Shown: positions 26,878 to 38,672, counted from the stretch's first letter. The stretch: 64,000 bases of DNA from Eledone cirrhosa (GCA_964016885.1 OZ024750.1:34348001-34412000), one strand, 5' to 3'. Numbers and translations: made by a program. The notes: generated by a model not told the origin, from the sequence alone.

Positions 26878-27126
26878 TCATCATCATCATTTCACGTCTG
26901 CTTTTCCCTGCTTGAATGGGTGGGACGGGTACTCTTCAGCACAGTATTTGTCCATTTGTCATGGTCTTTTGTCATCTCCTATGTGAGCTTCTGTGATGAG
27001 GTCAGCTCTCACCACCTCTGCCCGTGTTTTTCATGGTCTTCCTTTACTGTGTCTTCTGTCCACTGGGATTACTTGTCACTTCTTCATCCAGTGGTCATCC
27101 TCCATGCACATCACATAGCCATACCA
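26878..27126 (-). mobile_element. RTE LINE family B-related 3' fragment
   Basis: Diverged reverse complement of 37950-38193. Confidence 0.75.
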
Positions 27127-27964
27127 ATGCACACTACATATATAAATATATAAATATCTATACCTCTTAATCTACCTGCAATAACTATTGATAAATATTT
27201 GTTACTCTATTTACCTGTTGACTATTGTTATATAATTTTCATGTTAAATATATATATATATATACTGTTATTTACCTGTCTAGGGTAGGGCCAATAACAT
27301 TGTTAGAACTCCATGTAGTACAGAAGTAATAATTCCAACGAGATCATTTGATGAGTTCATTTTGTAATAGGCTTTCATCATATCAGATTCTGTTGTGGTC
27401 GATAAAATAAAGTACCTGTTACGTACTGGGGTTGATTTAATCAACTTTCCTCTTGCCGAAAATTGTTGGCCTTGTGTCTAAATCAGAAACCAAATGACCT
27501 CAGAAAAGTTTTCAAAATAATTTAATTTTCTCTCTGTGATATATATTTTTAATTTGTACAAATATTAAATGAATATGAGAGTATATGAATTTCAAAGCAT
27601 ACCATCTTTTATTTGTTGGTTTGCAGTGAGTTTTAGTCAAATAACCTCTGTTATCTCATCACATTTGTTGATATATTTTCATATATTTATTTCCAGTTTC
27701 ATAAAGATTACTAAAGCAACATCCAATATATGACATATTTAAAGAAGACTGTACAAGTAAACAATCATATATCATGTTCCATAAGCATCTACTAGTCTTT
27801 ATTGTTGTGAAACTATATACAAGACTGCATCTATTTAACCTAGATTTAACAACCATTGTAATAAAGAGAACAATTGGGTTTTTAAGAGTTGGCTTTTTTT
27901 GTCTTTTTATAGTAAACAAAATAAAACAAAAATTATTTACTTTATGTACTTACCACCATCATGT

Positions 27965-28140
27965 TAGGCAGCAAATTGGCAGAGTTGTTAGAACATCAGA
28001 TAGAATGCTTTGCAGTATCTGTTCTGGCTCTCTGCTCTCTGAGTTCAAATCCCACCGAGGTCATCTTTGTCTATCATCCTTTCGTGGTCGATTTAAAAAA
28101 CAAAAAAAAAACAAAAAAAAAAACTCTTGTACTGGGGGTG
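27965..28140 (+). mobile_element. SINE family 2 copy; a shorter remnant lies at 27390-27495
   Basis: TGGCAGAGTTGTTAG..., GAGTTCAAATCCC, TCATCCTTTCGTGGTCGAT. Confidence 0.7.
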
Positions 28141-28334
28141 ATTATTCCTTTATATCTCTTTCTCATTTCTTCTCTCTATCACTTTCTATCCTTCTCTGGA
28201 AGAAATCTGCTGTGTTCAGACCTGGAGAAGGATGGGCTCTGCCAGGCTTTAAAAATTGCTCAGGAAATGCTGTATGCCACTATGATGCCCCTATGACTCC
28301 ATCAGGAGCTACAGAACTATACGATACCACCTAT

Positions 28335-28761
28335 CATCATTGTTTTAATGTCGACTTTTCCTTACTGGCATGGGTTAGATGGGACTTTTTGTACAGTATT
28401 TTATATCCTCCCTCTCACTTCTATGACATGCAGGGATATGGTATGTCTATTATTCTGAAAATAATATCTTTCAAGAACACAACACACAACCCAGTCAGGG
28501 AATTAAATCCACAACATCATAAGTCCAACACCTTTACCACTAGGACACACACCTCTACAGGACACACAACCCAGTCGGGAATTAAATCCACAATATGCTA
28601 AGTCCAACACCTTTACCACTAGGCCACACACCTCTACAGAACACGTTAAACCCACAATATCATAAGTCCAACACCTTTACCACTAGGCCACACACCTCTA
28701 CAGAACACGTTAAACCCACAATATCATAAGTCCAACACCTTTACCACTAGGACACACACTT
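28335..28761 (-). mobile_element. SINE with four tandem tRNA-derived heads (64- and ~79-bp units)
   Basis: Repeated AAGTCCAACACCTTTACCACTAGG(C/A)CACACACC; RTE-type (CAT)n tail remnant at the left end. Confidence 0.7.
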
Positions 28762-29014
28762 CAACATGAAAACTTCAACACGGCCTTGGACATTTTTATT
28801 AGTTTAAATAAAGAATGAAAAGCTACAATAGTAAGACAAATATAATTCTATCAAAACTCCAGCAAAACAGCAGTCATAATCTTAAGATCAAGTACAATTG
28901 TAAATATTGTATAACTACAAAAATAAAAATTGTTTAAATGAACTAAGAAAATAATTCAAATGGACCAATGTTATGAATTGGGATAAATCAGCGAAGAGTG
29001 ATAATTGAAATGGT

Positions 29015-29323
29015 GAAGGTGTGTGGCCTAGTGGTCAGGGTGTTGGACTGATGATATTGTGGGTTTAACGTGTTCTGTAGAGGTGTGTGGCCTAGTGGTA
29101 AAGGTGTTGGACTTAGCATATTGTGGGTTTAATTCCCTGACTGAGTTGTGTGTCCTGTAGAGGTGTGTGTCCTAGTGGTAAAGGTGTTGGACTTATGATA
29201 TTGTGGGTTTAACGTGTTCTGTAGAGGTGTGTGGCCTAGTGGTAAAGGTGTTGGACTTATGATATTGTGGGTTTAACGTGTTCTGTAGAGGTGTGTGGCC
29301 TAGTGGTAAAGGTGTTGGACTTC
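29015..29323 (+). repeat. Five tandem tRNA-derived SINE heads, inverted relative to 28478-28761
   Basis: GTAGAGGTGTGTGGCCTAGTGGTAAAGGTGTTGGACTTATGATATTGTGGGTTTAA; A box TGGCCTAGTGG; B-box-like GGTTTAATTCC. Confidence 0.8.
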
Positions 29324-29349
29324 CAACAGCAATGGTTGCATTCTTTAAG

Positions 29350-29585
29350 GGTATGTCAATATTTATTTATGAAACTGATCTATATTATATTTTATCTGAT
29401 GAAAGTACACCATAATTTAACTTGGTGTCCTTGAAATATGTATAATGAAATAAATATGGTTTTATAAATAGTTTCCATTTGTTAATATCGTATTTTTACT
29501 CCAAATATTTGTTGAGTGCTTTATATCAGTTATAAAAATATTTGCTTGTTGTATCCCAACAATTTAAATAGAACTTTTACATATA
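29350..29585 (+). mobile_element. Solo Penelope-like pLTR copy, same family as 18575-18930
   Basis: Aligns with 18783-18930 and with the reverse complement of 18575-18700. Confidence 0.7.
29388..29452 (+). ncRNA. Minimal type-I hammerhead ribozyme
   Basis: Stem I TATTTTAT/ATGAAATA; CTGATGA at 29396-402; stem II AAGTACACCA..TGGTGTCCTT; GAAA at 29433-36; TATGTA; predicted cut after 29444. Confidence 0.75.
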
Positions 29586-29599
29586 TGTAAATAATCTTC

Positions 29600-32430
29600 T
29601 CCTTGCTAACTACCCCATACCCCTCCCGCCGCCTCCACTCTCCACCTTTATTATTTGGACCAATCACAAGTCAACGGCCTATGCTATCACTTCTGGTTGC
29701 TTTTCGATATGATGGATGGACACTCAAAGACAATGCCAAAGATAACGACAAATTCACCTTATGCTGCTGGACGAAAGGGCAAGGCCTCCTCCTCTTTGTT
29801 GCTGCTGCGGATGGCCAACATAACCCCAACCCCATCCCCCTCACCCCTCTCTGCGCCTCACCCACCAAACACAATCCAAAACTTCAGAGTTGGTACCATG
29901 AATGTAGGCACCTTAAAAGGCCGCTCTAACGAGGTTGTAGAAATGCTTGAACGTAAGGAGGTTGATGTTTGCTGTATCCATGAGACCAGGTGGAGGGGCG
30001 GGTCTGCTAGATTCATTGTGGGTAAAAAACGATGCTATAAGCTTTTCTGGGTGGGAAATGACAATGGGCTGGGTGGTGTAGGAATCATGTTAGCAGAAAA
30101 ATGGGTGGATAAGATAATATACGTAAATAGAGTGAATGACAGAATAATTAAAATAAGACTTGTTCTAAATAGAACTACTGTGACAGTAATATCTGCGTAT
30201 GCGCCCCAATCCGGACTGCCTGGTGCTATAAAAGACAGATTCTATGAGACACTGATGCTCACTACCTCTCAAATAACTGACAGTGACTAATTATTGCTGG
30301 CAACCTAAATGGTCACATTGGACAACATTGTGACGGTTATGACGGAATCCACGGAGGCTATGGGTTTGGTACTAGAAATGAGGAAGGCTCCAGAATCCTG
30401 GAATTCTGTGATGCAAATAACCTAACTATCTGTAACACTAACTTCAAAAAACAAGACAATCACTTGATCACCTACAGATCAGGGGAACATACCAGCCAGG
30501 TAGATTATATCCTTACCAGAAGACGTGACAGAGTGTCTGTTGTAAACACTAAATGAAGAATGAAGAATGCACCTCCCAACATAGACTGATAATTAGCGAC
30601 CTCATAGTCAGGATGAGACGTACTAGACAGCAGAAGAGGACTATCTTCAGGAGAAAAATATGGAAGCTAAAGGACCCCACAGCCAGAAATAAATTTAAAA
30701 GCATATTACTTGATGCTTTCGACAGTAAGGAAGAGCATTTAGAGTCGTATGATATAGAGGAACAGTGGGAATTCCGGAAAGCAAACCTGCTGATAGCGGC
30801 AGAAGAAGTCTGTGGCTGGAGCAGGCCTATAGGCAGGAGGAGAGTAACATGGTGGTGGAGCAGTAAGGTGGAGGAGTCAATTAAGGCCAAAAAGCAGGCT
30901 TGGAAAGTATGGTGGGATGGGGGAAGCAGAGAAGACTATCAAGTGGCCAGGAGGGAAGCTAGGAGACAAGTGTACTTCGCAAGAGGGGAAGCAGAGGAAA
31001 GAAAGTTCAAGCATGTTCTACAACGCGAGGACCAAAAACGTGAGGTGTTCAGGATTGCCAGGCAATGTGTCAAGGAAAATCGTGATATTGTCGGGGAGAA
31101 GTGTGTCTTTAATGATGATGGTGTACTTGCCAACACTGATGCTGATAAGAAGGTAGCTTGGAAGTGTCACTACGAAAGGCTACTAAATGAGGAGAATAAA
31201 TGGGAGAAAGACAGTCTCCCCCCATTGACCCAATAGAGGGACCAGCAATGTTAGTCGAAGGTAGTATGATAAGTAAGGCAATCAAAGATATGAAGACGGG
31301 TAAGGCGGCTGGGCCTTCAGAAATAGTTGCTGAAATGCTGAAAGCTTCTGGAACGGTGGGACATACCATGGTCACCTGGATAGTAAACCAAGTCATACAG
31401 AATGGGGTTGTTCCGAAGGACTGGCGTAGCAGCATCATCATTAATTGCTACAAGGGTAAAGGAGATGCCCTAGATAGGAGTAACTATAGAGGCATTAAAT
31501 TAATCGACCAGGTCATGAAGGTCACAGAAAAAGTAATAGCGCAACAAATCAGAGAGAATTGATCTACATGAAATGCAGTTCGGGTTTGTGTCAGGTAAAA
31601 GTACCACTTTTGTGTGTATATGTATATACGAACAGCAATGTTGCATGGCAGTGAGACCTGGGCATTGTGTGCAGAGGATATACGCAGACTAGAGAGGAAC
31701 GAAGCTTGCATGCTCCGCTGGATGTGTAATAGTAATATACGCAAATGGCAAAGCATAAACGAACTAAGGGAAAAATTAGAAATAAGAGGGATCAGATGTT
31801 GTTTACTCGAGAGAAGGCTACGTTGGTATGGTCACGTGATGCGCATGAAAGACGACAGCTGTATAAAAAAGTGCAGGGCAATAAAGATAGACGGTAGCCA
31901 CGGAGTAGGCAGACCCAGAAAAACCTGGGACGACCTGATAAATTCCGACCTCACACACTTACACCTCTCCAAGACAATGTCACTGGACCGAGATCTTTGG
32001 CGGTACTCAGTAATAGAGAAGACCCGCCTTACCTAAATACAAAGTAAAACCTACTACAGTCAGTAGGCATCTCTAACAAAATACACCCTGTCCCACCACC
32101 CCCACCCCATCCACACCGCCCCTTTCAATGTAAAGTTATGTTGGTGCCACAACATCCAGGCCGAAACAAATGAGATCGTGTAGGTGTCACGACAAAAAAA
32201 AAACACACAGTCCACGCTGTAATGTGGCCGTGTAGGCAACACGGTAAAAACCTCCCAGTCCCACACTGTAAATGTGGTTGGTGTTAGGAAGGGCATCCAG
32301 CTGTAGAAAACCTGCCAGACAGTCCTATGCGAGCAAGACAACCACTCTTGCCTCAAGTGGGAAAACTCCCGTCCAAACCCATGCAAGCGTGGAACATGGA
32401 CGTTAAACGATGATGATGATGATGATGGTG
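29600..32430 (+). mobile_element. RTE-clade (BovB-like) LINE family A; near full length but inactivated by stops, frameshifts and an internal RT deletion
   Basis: APE endonuclease motifs (FRVGTMNVGTL, DVCCIHETRW, VISAYAPQSG, NGHIG, QVDYIL, SQHRLI); RT N-terminus (GKAAGPSEI, NYRGIKL, QFGF); C-terminus (HGSETW, RLRWYGHVMR, GRPRKTW); (GAT)n tail. Confidence 0.95.
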
Positions 32431-32569
32431 ATATATATATATGTATATATATGTGTGTATATGTATATATATATATATGTATATATATATGTGTGTATAT
32501 GTATATATATATATATGTATATATATATGTGTGTATATGTATATATATATATGTATATATATATGTGTG

Positions 32570-32618
<49 letters not shown>

Positions 32619-32661
32619 GTGTGTATATGTATATATATATATATGTATATATATATGTGTG

Positions 32662-32704
<43 letters not shown>

Positions 32705-32711
32705 GTATATA

Positions 32712-32776
<65 letters not shown>

Positions 32777-32780
32777 ATAT
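32431..32780. repeat. (TA)n/TG compound microsatellite
   Basis: Directly visible. Confidence 0.95.
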
Positions 32781-33448
32781 GATTCTTGCAAACTAATATA
32801 ATTTATCTTGATAAGACGTTGACATTTAAAATATTCTTTTGCAAAACATAAAAAAAAAATAGGTTATTTCTAATGATTATATAAAGAATTCAGTTTGTAG
32901 ATATTACTTTGAGAAGAATAATATTTGCCCAAGATAAATAGCCTAAAAATAAGTTCATGAATATAGATAATTTATTGGAAAAATAAAGAATACAATTTCG
33001 AATTCTGTATTTTGAATCTGATAGCTATTTTTGTAAAATAACATGAGAAAATCCATTTAAGAAAAAGCCATGCCATTAATAGTTCACAGATTAACTGACT
33101 GTTTGGTATTTAATATGATAGCATGTTACAGAATATTATATTTTGGAAATGTTAAAATAATAAATATAGGTGGACTAAGAATTTGAGTTAAATGAATAAA
33201 GTGTTTTAATAATAAGCAATTTGTGGAGTTCGTTCTTAGACTATACTATTAAAGTAATTTGTTAGGGGAATTAACATTTTGTCTAGAATTACAATGAGAT
33301 TGAGTTAGAAGAAATAAGTTTTCTTTCTAAGTTAGATATTCAGTTTGAATATTTTACATATATACTTTACAGATATGGTTTACTGAGATATGTTACAGAT
33401 AGATATTTTTCCAGAGATATATTTTATAGATATTTTATCTAGAGATAT

Positions 33449-33787
33449 GGAGGCACATGGCTTAGTGGTTAGAGCATTGGCCTTGCAATCGAAAGGTTGT
33501 GAGTTCAATTCTCAGACTGGGTGATGTGTTGTTTCCTTGAGCAAGACACTTTATTTCACATTGCTCCAGTTTACTCAGCTGTAGAAATTAGATGATAGGG
33601 ACTGGGGTCTATATCATTCCACTGCAAAGTGGTCGTGGAGGTGCCACGGAAAAAAAAAAGCACCCAGCACTCACTGTAAATGAGGTTGGTGTTAGGAAGG
33701 GCATTCAGCTGTAGAAATCAAGCCAGAATCAGTTCCCGTCCCACCCTTGAAAGTAGGGAAAAGCAGACGTAAAATGATGATGATGAT
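33449..33787 (+). mobile_element. SINE family 1, full length
   Basis: GGAGGCACATGGCTTAGTGGTTAGAGC head, B box, CORE-like domain, RTE-B tail. Confidence 0.92.
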
Positions 33788-34084
33788 ATATATATATATA
33801 TGCGCAAACCAGAAATTAATCACAATCTTTCAACAACTAGAATAAAATGTACATCCGATTCAAATTTATATTTCCAACTAGTAAAACTAGTTTCTATCCC
33901 TATTGAAAATGTGATAAAATGTCAAATAAGCGAAGAAGTTTAACTGAACTTTATCATTGAAGTTGTGGTATCTTTAAAATACCCACATGTTCAATAGTAT
34001 TTCACCAGGCACGTTTCTTACAATAATCTAATACTAAAAATATATATAAAAGCAAGCAAAAAATATAATAAACAAATATATAAT

Positions 34085-34400
34085 CTTTTTTTTTTTATTT
34101 TTTGAATATTATTTTTTTTCTATTTTTATTTCTACTTTTTCTGTATTATTTTTATATTTTTCTATATTTAATTTTTTTTACTATTTATTTCATTTTTTAT
34201 TTTTATTTTCTATTCTATTTTTTCTGGGTTTTTTCTTTTCTATTCTATTTTTTCTGGGTTTTTTCTTTTTTCTTTTTCTATTTTTTCTTTTTTTCTTTGC
34301 TATTTTTTGGCTATTTTTTTTCTATATTTATTGACTATTTTCTATTTTATGTTTTCTATTTTTATTTAAAAAAAAAATTAATTTTTCATATTTTTGTTAT
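34085..34400. repeat. T-rich low-complexity tract
   Basis: Directly visible. Confidence 0.85.
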
Positions 34401-34643
34401 ATTTCAATGTGTTTCTATATTGTTATTTGTCCTCACTACTGACTTCCTAACTCTTCTGAAATAGAAACTATGTTAATGAATCACTGCTTTACTCCAGCTG
34501 TTGGAAGGAATAAGTATTTCGATAGAAAAATACTCCCACTTGTGAAATATTTTCAAGTTTGTTAATATCTTTCTATTTTAAAGTAATTGTGATATTAACT
34601 ATTGATGGGGTATTGCCCCTCACTGAAATTGATGGAAAATTGC

Positions 34644-35025
34644 AGTTGTGGTAGTAGTGGTGCTAGTGGTGGTGGTGGTTGTAGAAGTGGTAGCAGATGG
34701 TGTAGTGGTGGTGCTAGTGGTGGTGATGCTAGTGGTGGTGGTGGTTGTAGAAGTGGTAGCAGATGGTGTAGTGGTGGTGTTAGTGGTGGTTGTAGTGGTG
34801 GTGCTAGTGGTGGTGGCAGATGGTGTAGTGTTGGTGGTAGTGGTGGTTGTAGAAGTGGTAGCAGATGGTGTAGTGTTGGTGGTAGTGGTTGTTGTAGAAG
34901 TGGTAGCAGATGGTGTAGTGTTGGTGGTAGTGGTTGTTGTAGAAGTGGTAGCAGATGGTGTAGTGGTGGTGCTAGTGGTGGTGATGCTAGTAGTGGTTGT
35001 AGAAGTAGTAGCAGATGGTGTAGTG
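34644..35025. repeat. GGT/AGT-rich minisatellite (TGGTTGTAGAAGTGGTAGCAGATGGTGTAG..)
   Basis: About 7 variable-length copies. Confidence 0.9.
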
Positions 35026-36333
35026 GTCATCACCACCATAGTCATCATCACCACCATAGTCATCATCATCACCATAGTCATCATAACCATAGTCATCATC
35101 ATCACCATAGTCATCATAACCATAGTCATCATCACCACCATAGTCATCATCATCACCATAGTCATCATAACCATAGTCATCATCACCATAGTCATCATCA
35201 TCATCACCATAGTCATCATCACCATAGTCATCATCATCACCATAGTCATCATAACCATAGTCATCATCATCACCATAGTCATCATAACCATAGTCATCAT
35301 CACCATCATAGTCATCACCACCATAGTCATCATCATCACCATAGTCATCATCACCATAGTCATCATCATCACCATAGTCATCATCATCACCATAGTCATC
35401 ATCACCACCATAGTCATCATAACCATAGTCATCATCACCACCATAGTCATCATCACCATAGTTATCATCACCACCATAGTCATCATCATCACCATAGTCA
35501 TCATAACCATAGTCATCATAACCATAGTCATCATCATAACCATAGTCATCATCAGCACCATAGTCATCATAACCATAGTCATCATCATCACCATAGTCAT
35601 CATAACCATAGTCATCATCACCATAGTCATCATCATCACCACCATAGTCATCATCACCACCATAGTCATCACCACCATAGACATCATCACCACCATAGTC
35701 ATCACCACCAGAGTCATCACCACCACCATAGTCATCACCACCATAGACATCATCACCACCAGAGTCATCATCACCATAGTCATCATCATCACCACCATAG
35801 TCATCATCACCACCATAGTCATCACCACCACCATAGTCATCATAACCATAGTCATCATCATCACCATAGTCATCATCACCACCATAGACATCATCACCAC
35901 CATAGTCATCACCACCAGAGTCATCACCACCATAGTCATCATCACCACCATAGTCATCATCATCACCATAGTCATCATAACCATAGTCATCATCATCATC
36001 ACCATAGTCATCATCACCATAGTCATCATCATCATCACCATAGTCATCACCACCATAGTCATCATCATCATCACCATAGTCATCATCATCACCACCATAG
36101 TCATCATCACCACCACCATAGTCATCATCACCATAGTCATCATCATCATCACCATAGTCATCACCACCATAGTCATCATCATCACCATAGTCATCATCAT
36201 CACCACCATAGTCATCATCACCATAGTCGTCATCATCACCACCATAGTCATCACCACCATAGTCATCATCATCACCATAGTCATCATAACCATAGTCATC
36301 ATCACCACCATAGTCATCATCATCACCACCATC
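35026..36333. repeat. CAT/CAC triplet-based minisatellite ACCATAGT(CAT)n
   Basis: 15-21-bp units; source of the poly-His ORF. Confidence 0.95.
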
Positions 36334-36394
36334 ATATCTTTGAAGAAATAATTTATTATGAAATGACAATAAAAAAGAAATGTTTATCCCAATA

Positions 36395-36615
36395 TAATGG
36401 TTTCTTATATAGGCACAAGGCCAGCACTTTGGGGGGAGGGGAAAGTCGATTAAATCGACCCCAGTGCGTGACTGGTACTTTATTTTATCGACCCCATAAG
36501 GATGAAAGGCAAAGTTAACCTCGGCGGGATTTGAACTCAGATCATAAAGGGCCATAACTCTATGCTGCAAAGCATGGCGTCCGACCCTCTACCGATACTG
36601 CCAATTCACTGCCCT
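36395..36615 (-). mobile_element. SINE family 2, best-preserved copy
   Basis: Minus strand: TGGCAGTATCGG (A box), GAGTTCAAATCCC (B box), then GCCTTTCATCCTTATGGGGTCGATAAAATAAAGTACCAG, which resembles the Meta/MESC SINE domain (from memory). Confidence 0.8.
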
Positions 36616-36730
36616 GTTTATCCCAATATAATGAAAATATATAATTGTTTTCCTGTATTTCATTTGATTTTGAGGAATGAAATGAAAAAAAACTATGGAA
36701 ATTAAACATTTTAAACTTAATAGTTAGATA

Positions 36731-37068
36731 TCATCATCATCATCATTTTACGTCCGCTTTTCCCTGCTTGCAAGGGTGGGACGAGAACTGATTCTGGCTT
36801 GATTTCTACAGCTGGATGCCCTTCCTAACACCAACCTCATTTACAGTGAGTGTTGGGTGCTTTTTTGCCATGGCACCTCCACGACCACTTTGCAGTGGAA
36901 TGATAGGGACCCCAGTTCCTATCATCTCATTTCTACAGCTGAGTAAACTGGAGCAATGTGAAATAAAGTGTCTTGCTCAAGGAAACAACAAATCACCCGG
37001 TCTGAGAATTGAACTCACAACCTTTCGATTGCAAGGCCAATGCTCTAACCACTAAGCCATGTGCCTCC
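36731..37068 (-). mobile_element. SINE family 1, full length
   Basis: Reverse complement of 33449-33787. Confidence 0.92.
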
Positions 37069-37135
37069 ACATGAATGTAATAATATATATGTAATAATAT
37101 ATAAGATATATGTAATAATAATAATTATATACATA

Positions 37136-37365
37136 TCATCATCATTGTTTAATGTCCATTTTCCATGCATGGGTTAGACGGGTTGTCCCGTTTGAGGCAA
37201 ATCAGGTCAGGTGACCATGTCTTGTTTATACAGAACTGTTTCTGGCCCCATTTCTACAGCTGGATGCCCTTCCTAAAACCAACCACATTTACAGTGTGGA
37301 CGGGTGCATTTTATTGTGACTCCTACACGACCAGAGTAAAGTGGTTGTGTAGGAGTCACGATAGT
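37136..37365 (-). mobile_element. RTE-tail or SINE variant 3' fragment
   Basis: (CAT)n tail, CATGGGTTAGACGGGTTG, CTACAGCTGGATGCCCTTCC; related to 40283-40560. Confidence 0.7.
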
Positions 37366-37368
37366 AAC

Positions 37369-37408
<40 letters not shown>

Positions 37409-37437
37409 TTCGTTTCTGAATTTGAAAAGAATCCCCA

Positions 37438-37480
37438 GTCACTGAAGAGGTCACAGAATGTGTGACGAAAGAACTTTGAC
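37438..37480 (+). ncRNA. Minimal hammerhead motif, followed by an inverted repeat at 37533-37615
   Basis: GTCA-CTGAAGA-g-GTCACAgaatgTGTGAC-GAAA-GAAC-TT^TGAC; stem I GTCA/TGAC; one extra G before stem II. Confidence 0.6.
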
Positions 37481-37627
37481 AATATATGAACAACCGTCCG
37501 GTTGTGGAACCAACTAACCAACCGGAAATTTATAATTTAATTTATAATAAATTGGAGTGAAAGCAACTGGTGCGTGTGTTTCTTATTTCACTCCAATTTA
37601 TTATAAATTAAATTAAAAAATTTATAA

Positions 37628-37705
<78 letters not shown>

Positions 37706-37714
37706 TATATATTT

Positions 37715-38193
37715 CTCCCTGCGTATGAAAGGCCGGTTGTATGATGCCTGTGTGAGGAGCGCGATGCTGCATGGTTATGAGACATGGGCAGCAACTGCAG
37801 AGGATATGCGACAGCTGGAGAGAAATGAGGCAAGCATGTTCCGTTGGATGTGCAGTGTAAATGTGTGTGAACGACCCAGCATAAATGTGTTGAGAGAGAA
37901 ACTGTGTCTGAGAGGGATAGAATGTAGTGTACGGGAGAGGAGACTGAGGTGGTATGGACATGTGATGCGCATGGAGGATGACCGATGGGTGAAGAAGTGC
38001 CAGGAAATGCCAGTTGAAGGAAGACGTTGTAGACCACGAAAAACATGGGCGGAGGTGGTGAGAACAGACCTCAGATCATTGAAGCTCACGGTGGAGATGA
38101 CGAAGGACCGTGACAAGTGGAGAGATGCTGTGCTGAATAAGACCCATCCCACCCTTGCAAGCAGGGAAAAGCGGACGTAAAATGATGATGATG
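37715..38193 (+). mobile_element. RTE LINE family B, 5'-truncated
   Basis: MKGRLYDACVRSAMLHGYETWA...RLRWYGHVMRMEDD..RPRKTW; ORF stop at 38180 immediately before the (GAT)n tail. Confidence 0.93.
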
Positions 38194-38399
38194 ATATATA
38201 TACATACACTTCAATTTGGTGGTTCACCACTGGGTAGAATTGGTCTTTCCTTGAAGTAAACCATGATGTAATATTATGAAAGTACCCAACGTTATGCATC
38301 TCATCCATCTTTGATGTTGAATCTTGTTAGTGGTGTGGGAACGGAGAGGAAATCTCGTTTTTTCTTTTCTTTGTTTCTTCCTAACTATTATGAAATTAT

Positions 38400-38457
38400 A
38401 CACCTGATGATGTCACCGGGTTTATACATAACCTGGCCACTGAAATGTGTATAGTGT
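38400..38457 (+). ncRNA. Degenerate minimal hammerhead motif
   Basis: ACAC-CTGATGA-stem II (CCGGGTT/AACCTGG core, mismatched base)-GAAA-TGTGTA-TA^GTGT; AATAAA follows shortly downstream. Confidence 0.55.
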
Positions 38458-38516
38458 TTGCAGTAATAAAATTTAAAGAATACAATCTGTCCGGTCTCCT
38501 GTCATTTTACCCTATA

Positions 38517-38547
<31 letters not shown>

Positions 38548-38598
38548 TATATCAAAATAAAGATCCGAAGGCATGGTAAAAATTTCCAATCATTTTAA

Positions 38599-38672
38599 TC
38601 ACGACACATGTTTCAATAAGAGATAGATCGATCGTGTGGCCATGATCGATTATCACTGATCTCGTCAGGTGA
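38599..38672 (-). ncRNA. Minimal type-I hammerhead ribozyme with canonical GUC site
   Basis: Minus strand: TCAC-CTGACGA-long stem II (GATAATCGATC../..GATCGATCTATC)-GAAA-CATGT-GTC^GTGA. Confidence 0.75.

Noticed and set aside
27774-28601. 275-aa ORF
   Set aside because: It runs through SINE copies and an A-tract. The segment 28200-28330 after a pyrimidine tract could be an exon, but it has no convincing donor site or recognisable homology.
33449-33520. tRNA gene
   Set aside because: Multicopy SINE head joined to a CORE-like domain and LINE tail; no intact acceptor stem.
34602-36518. 638-aa Gly/Cys then poly-His ORF resembling cephalopod His-rich beak proteins
   Set aside because: It is built from triplet repeats that are open in four frames, has no signal peptide, and its C-terminus reads into an antisense SINE.
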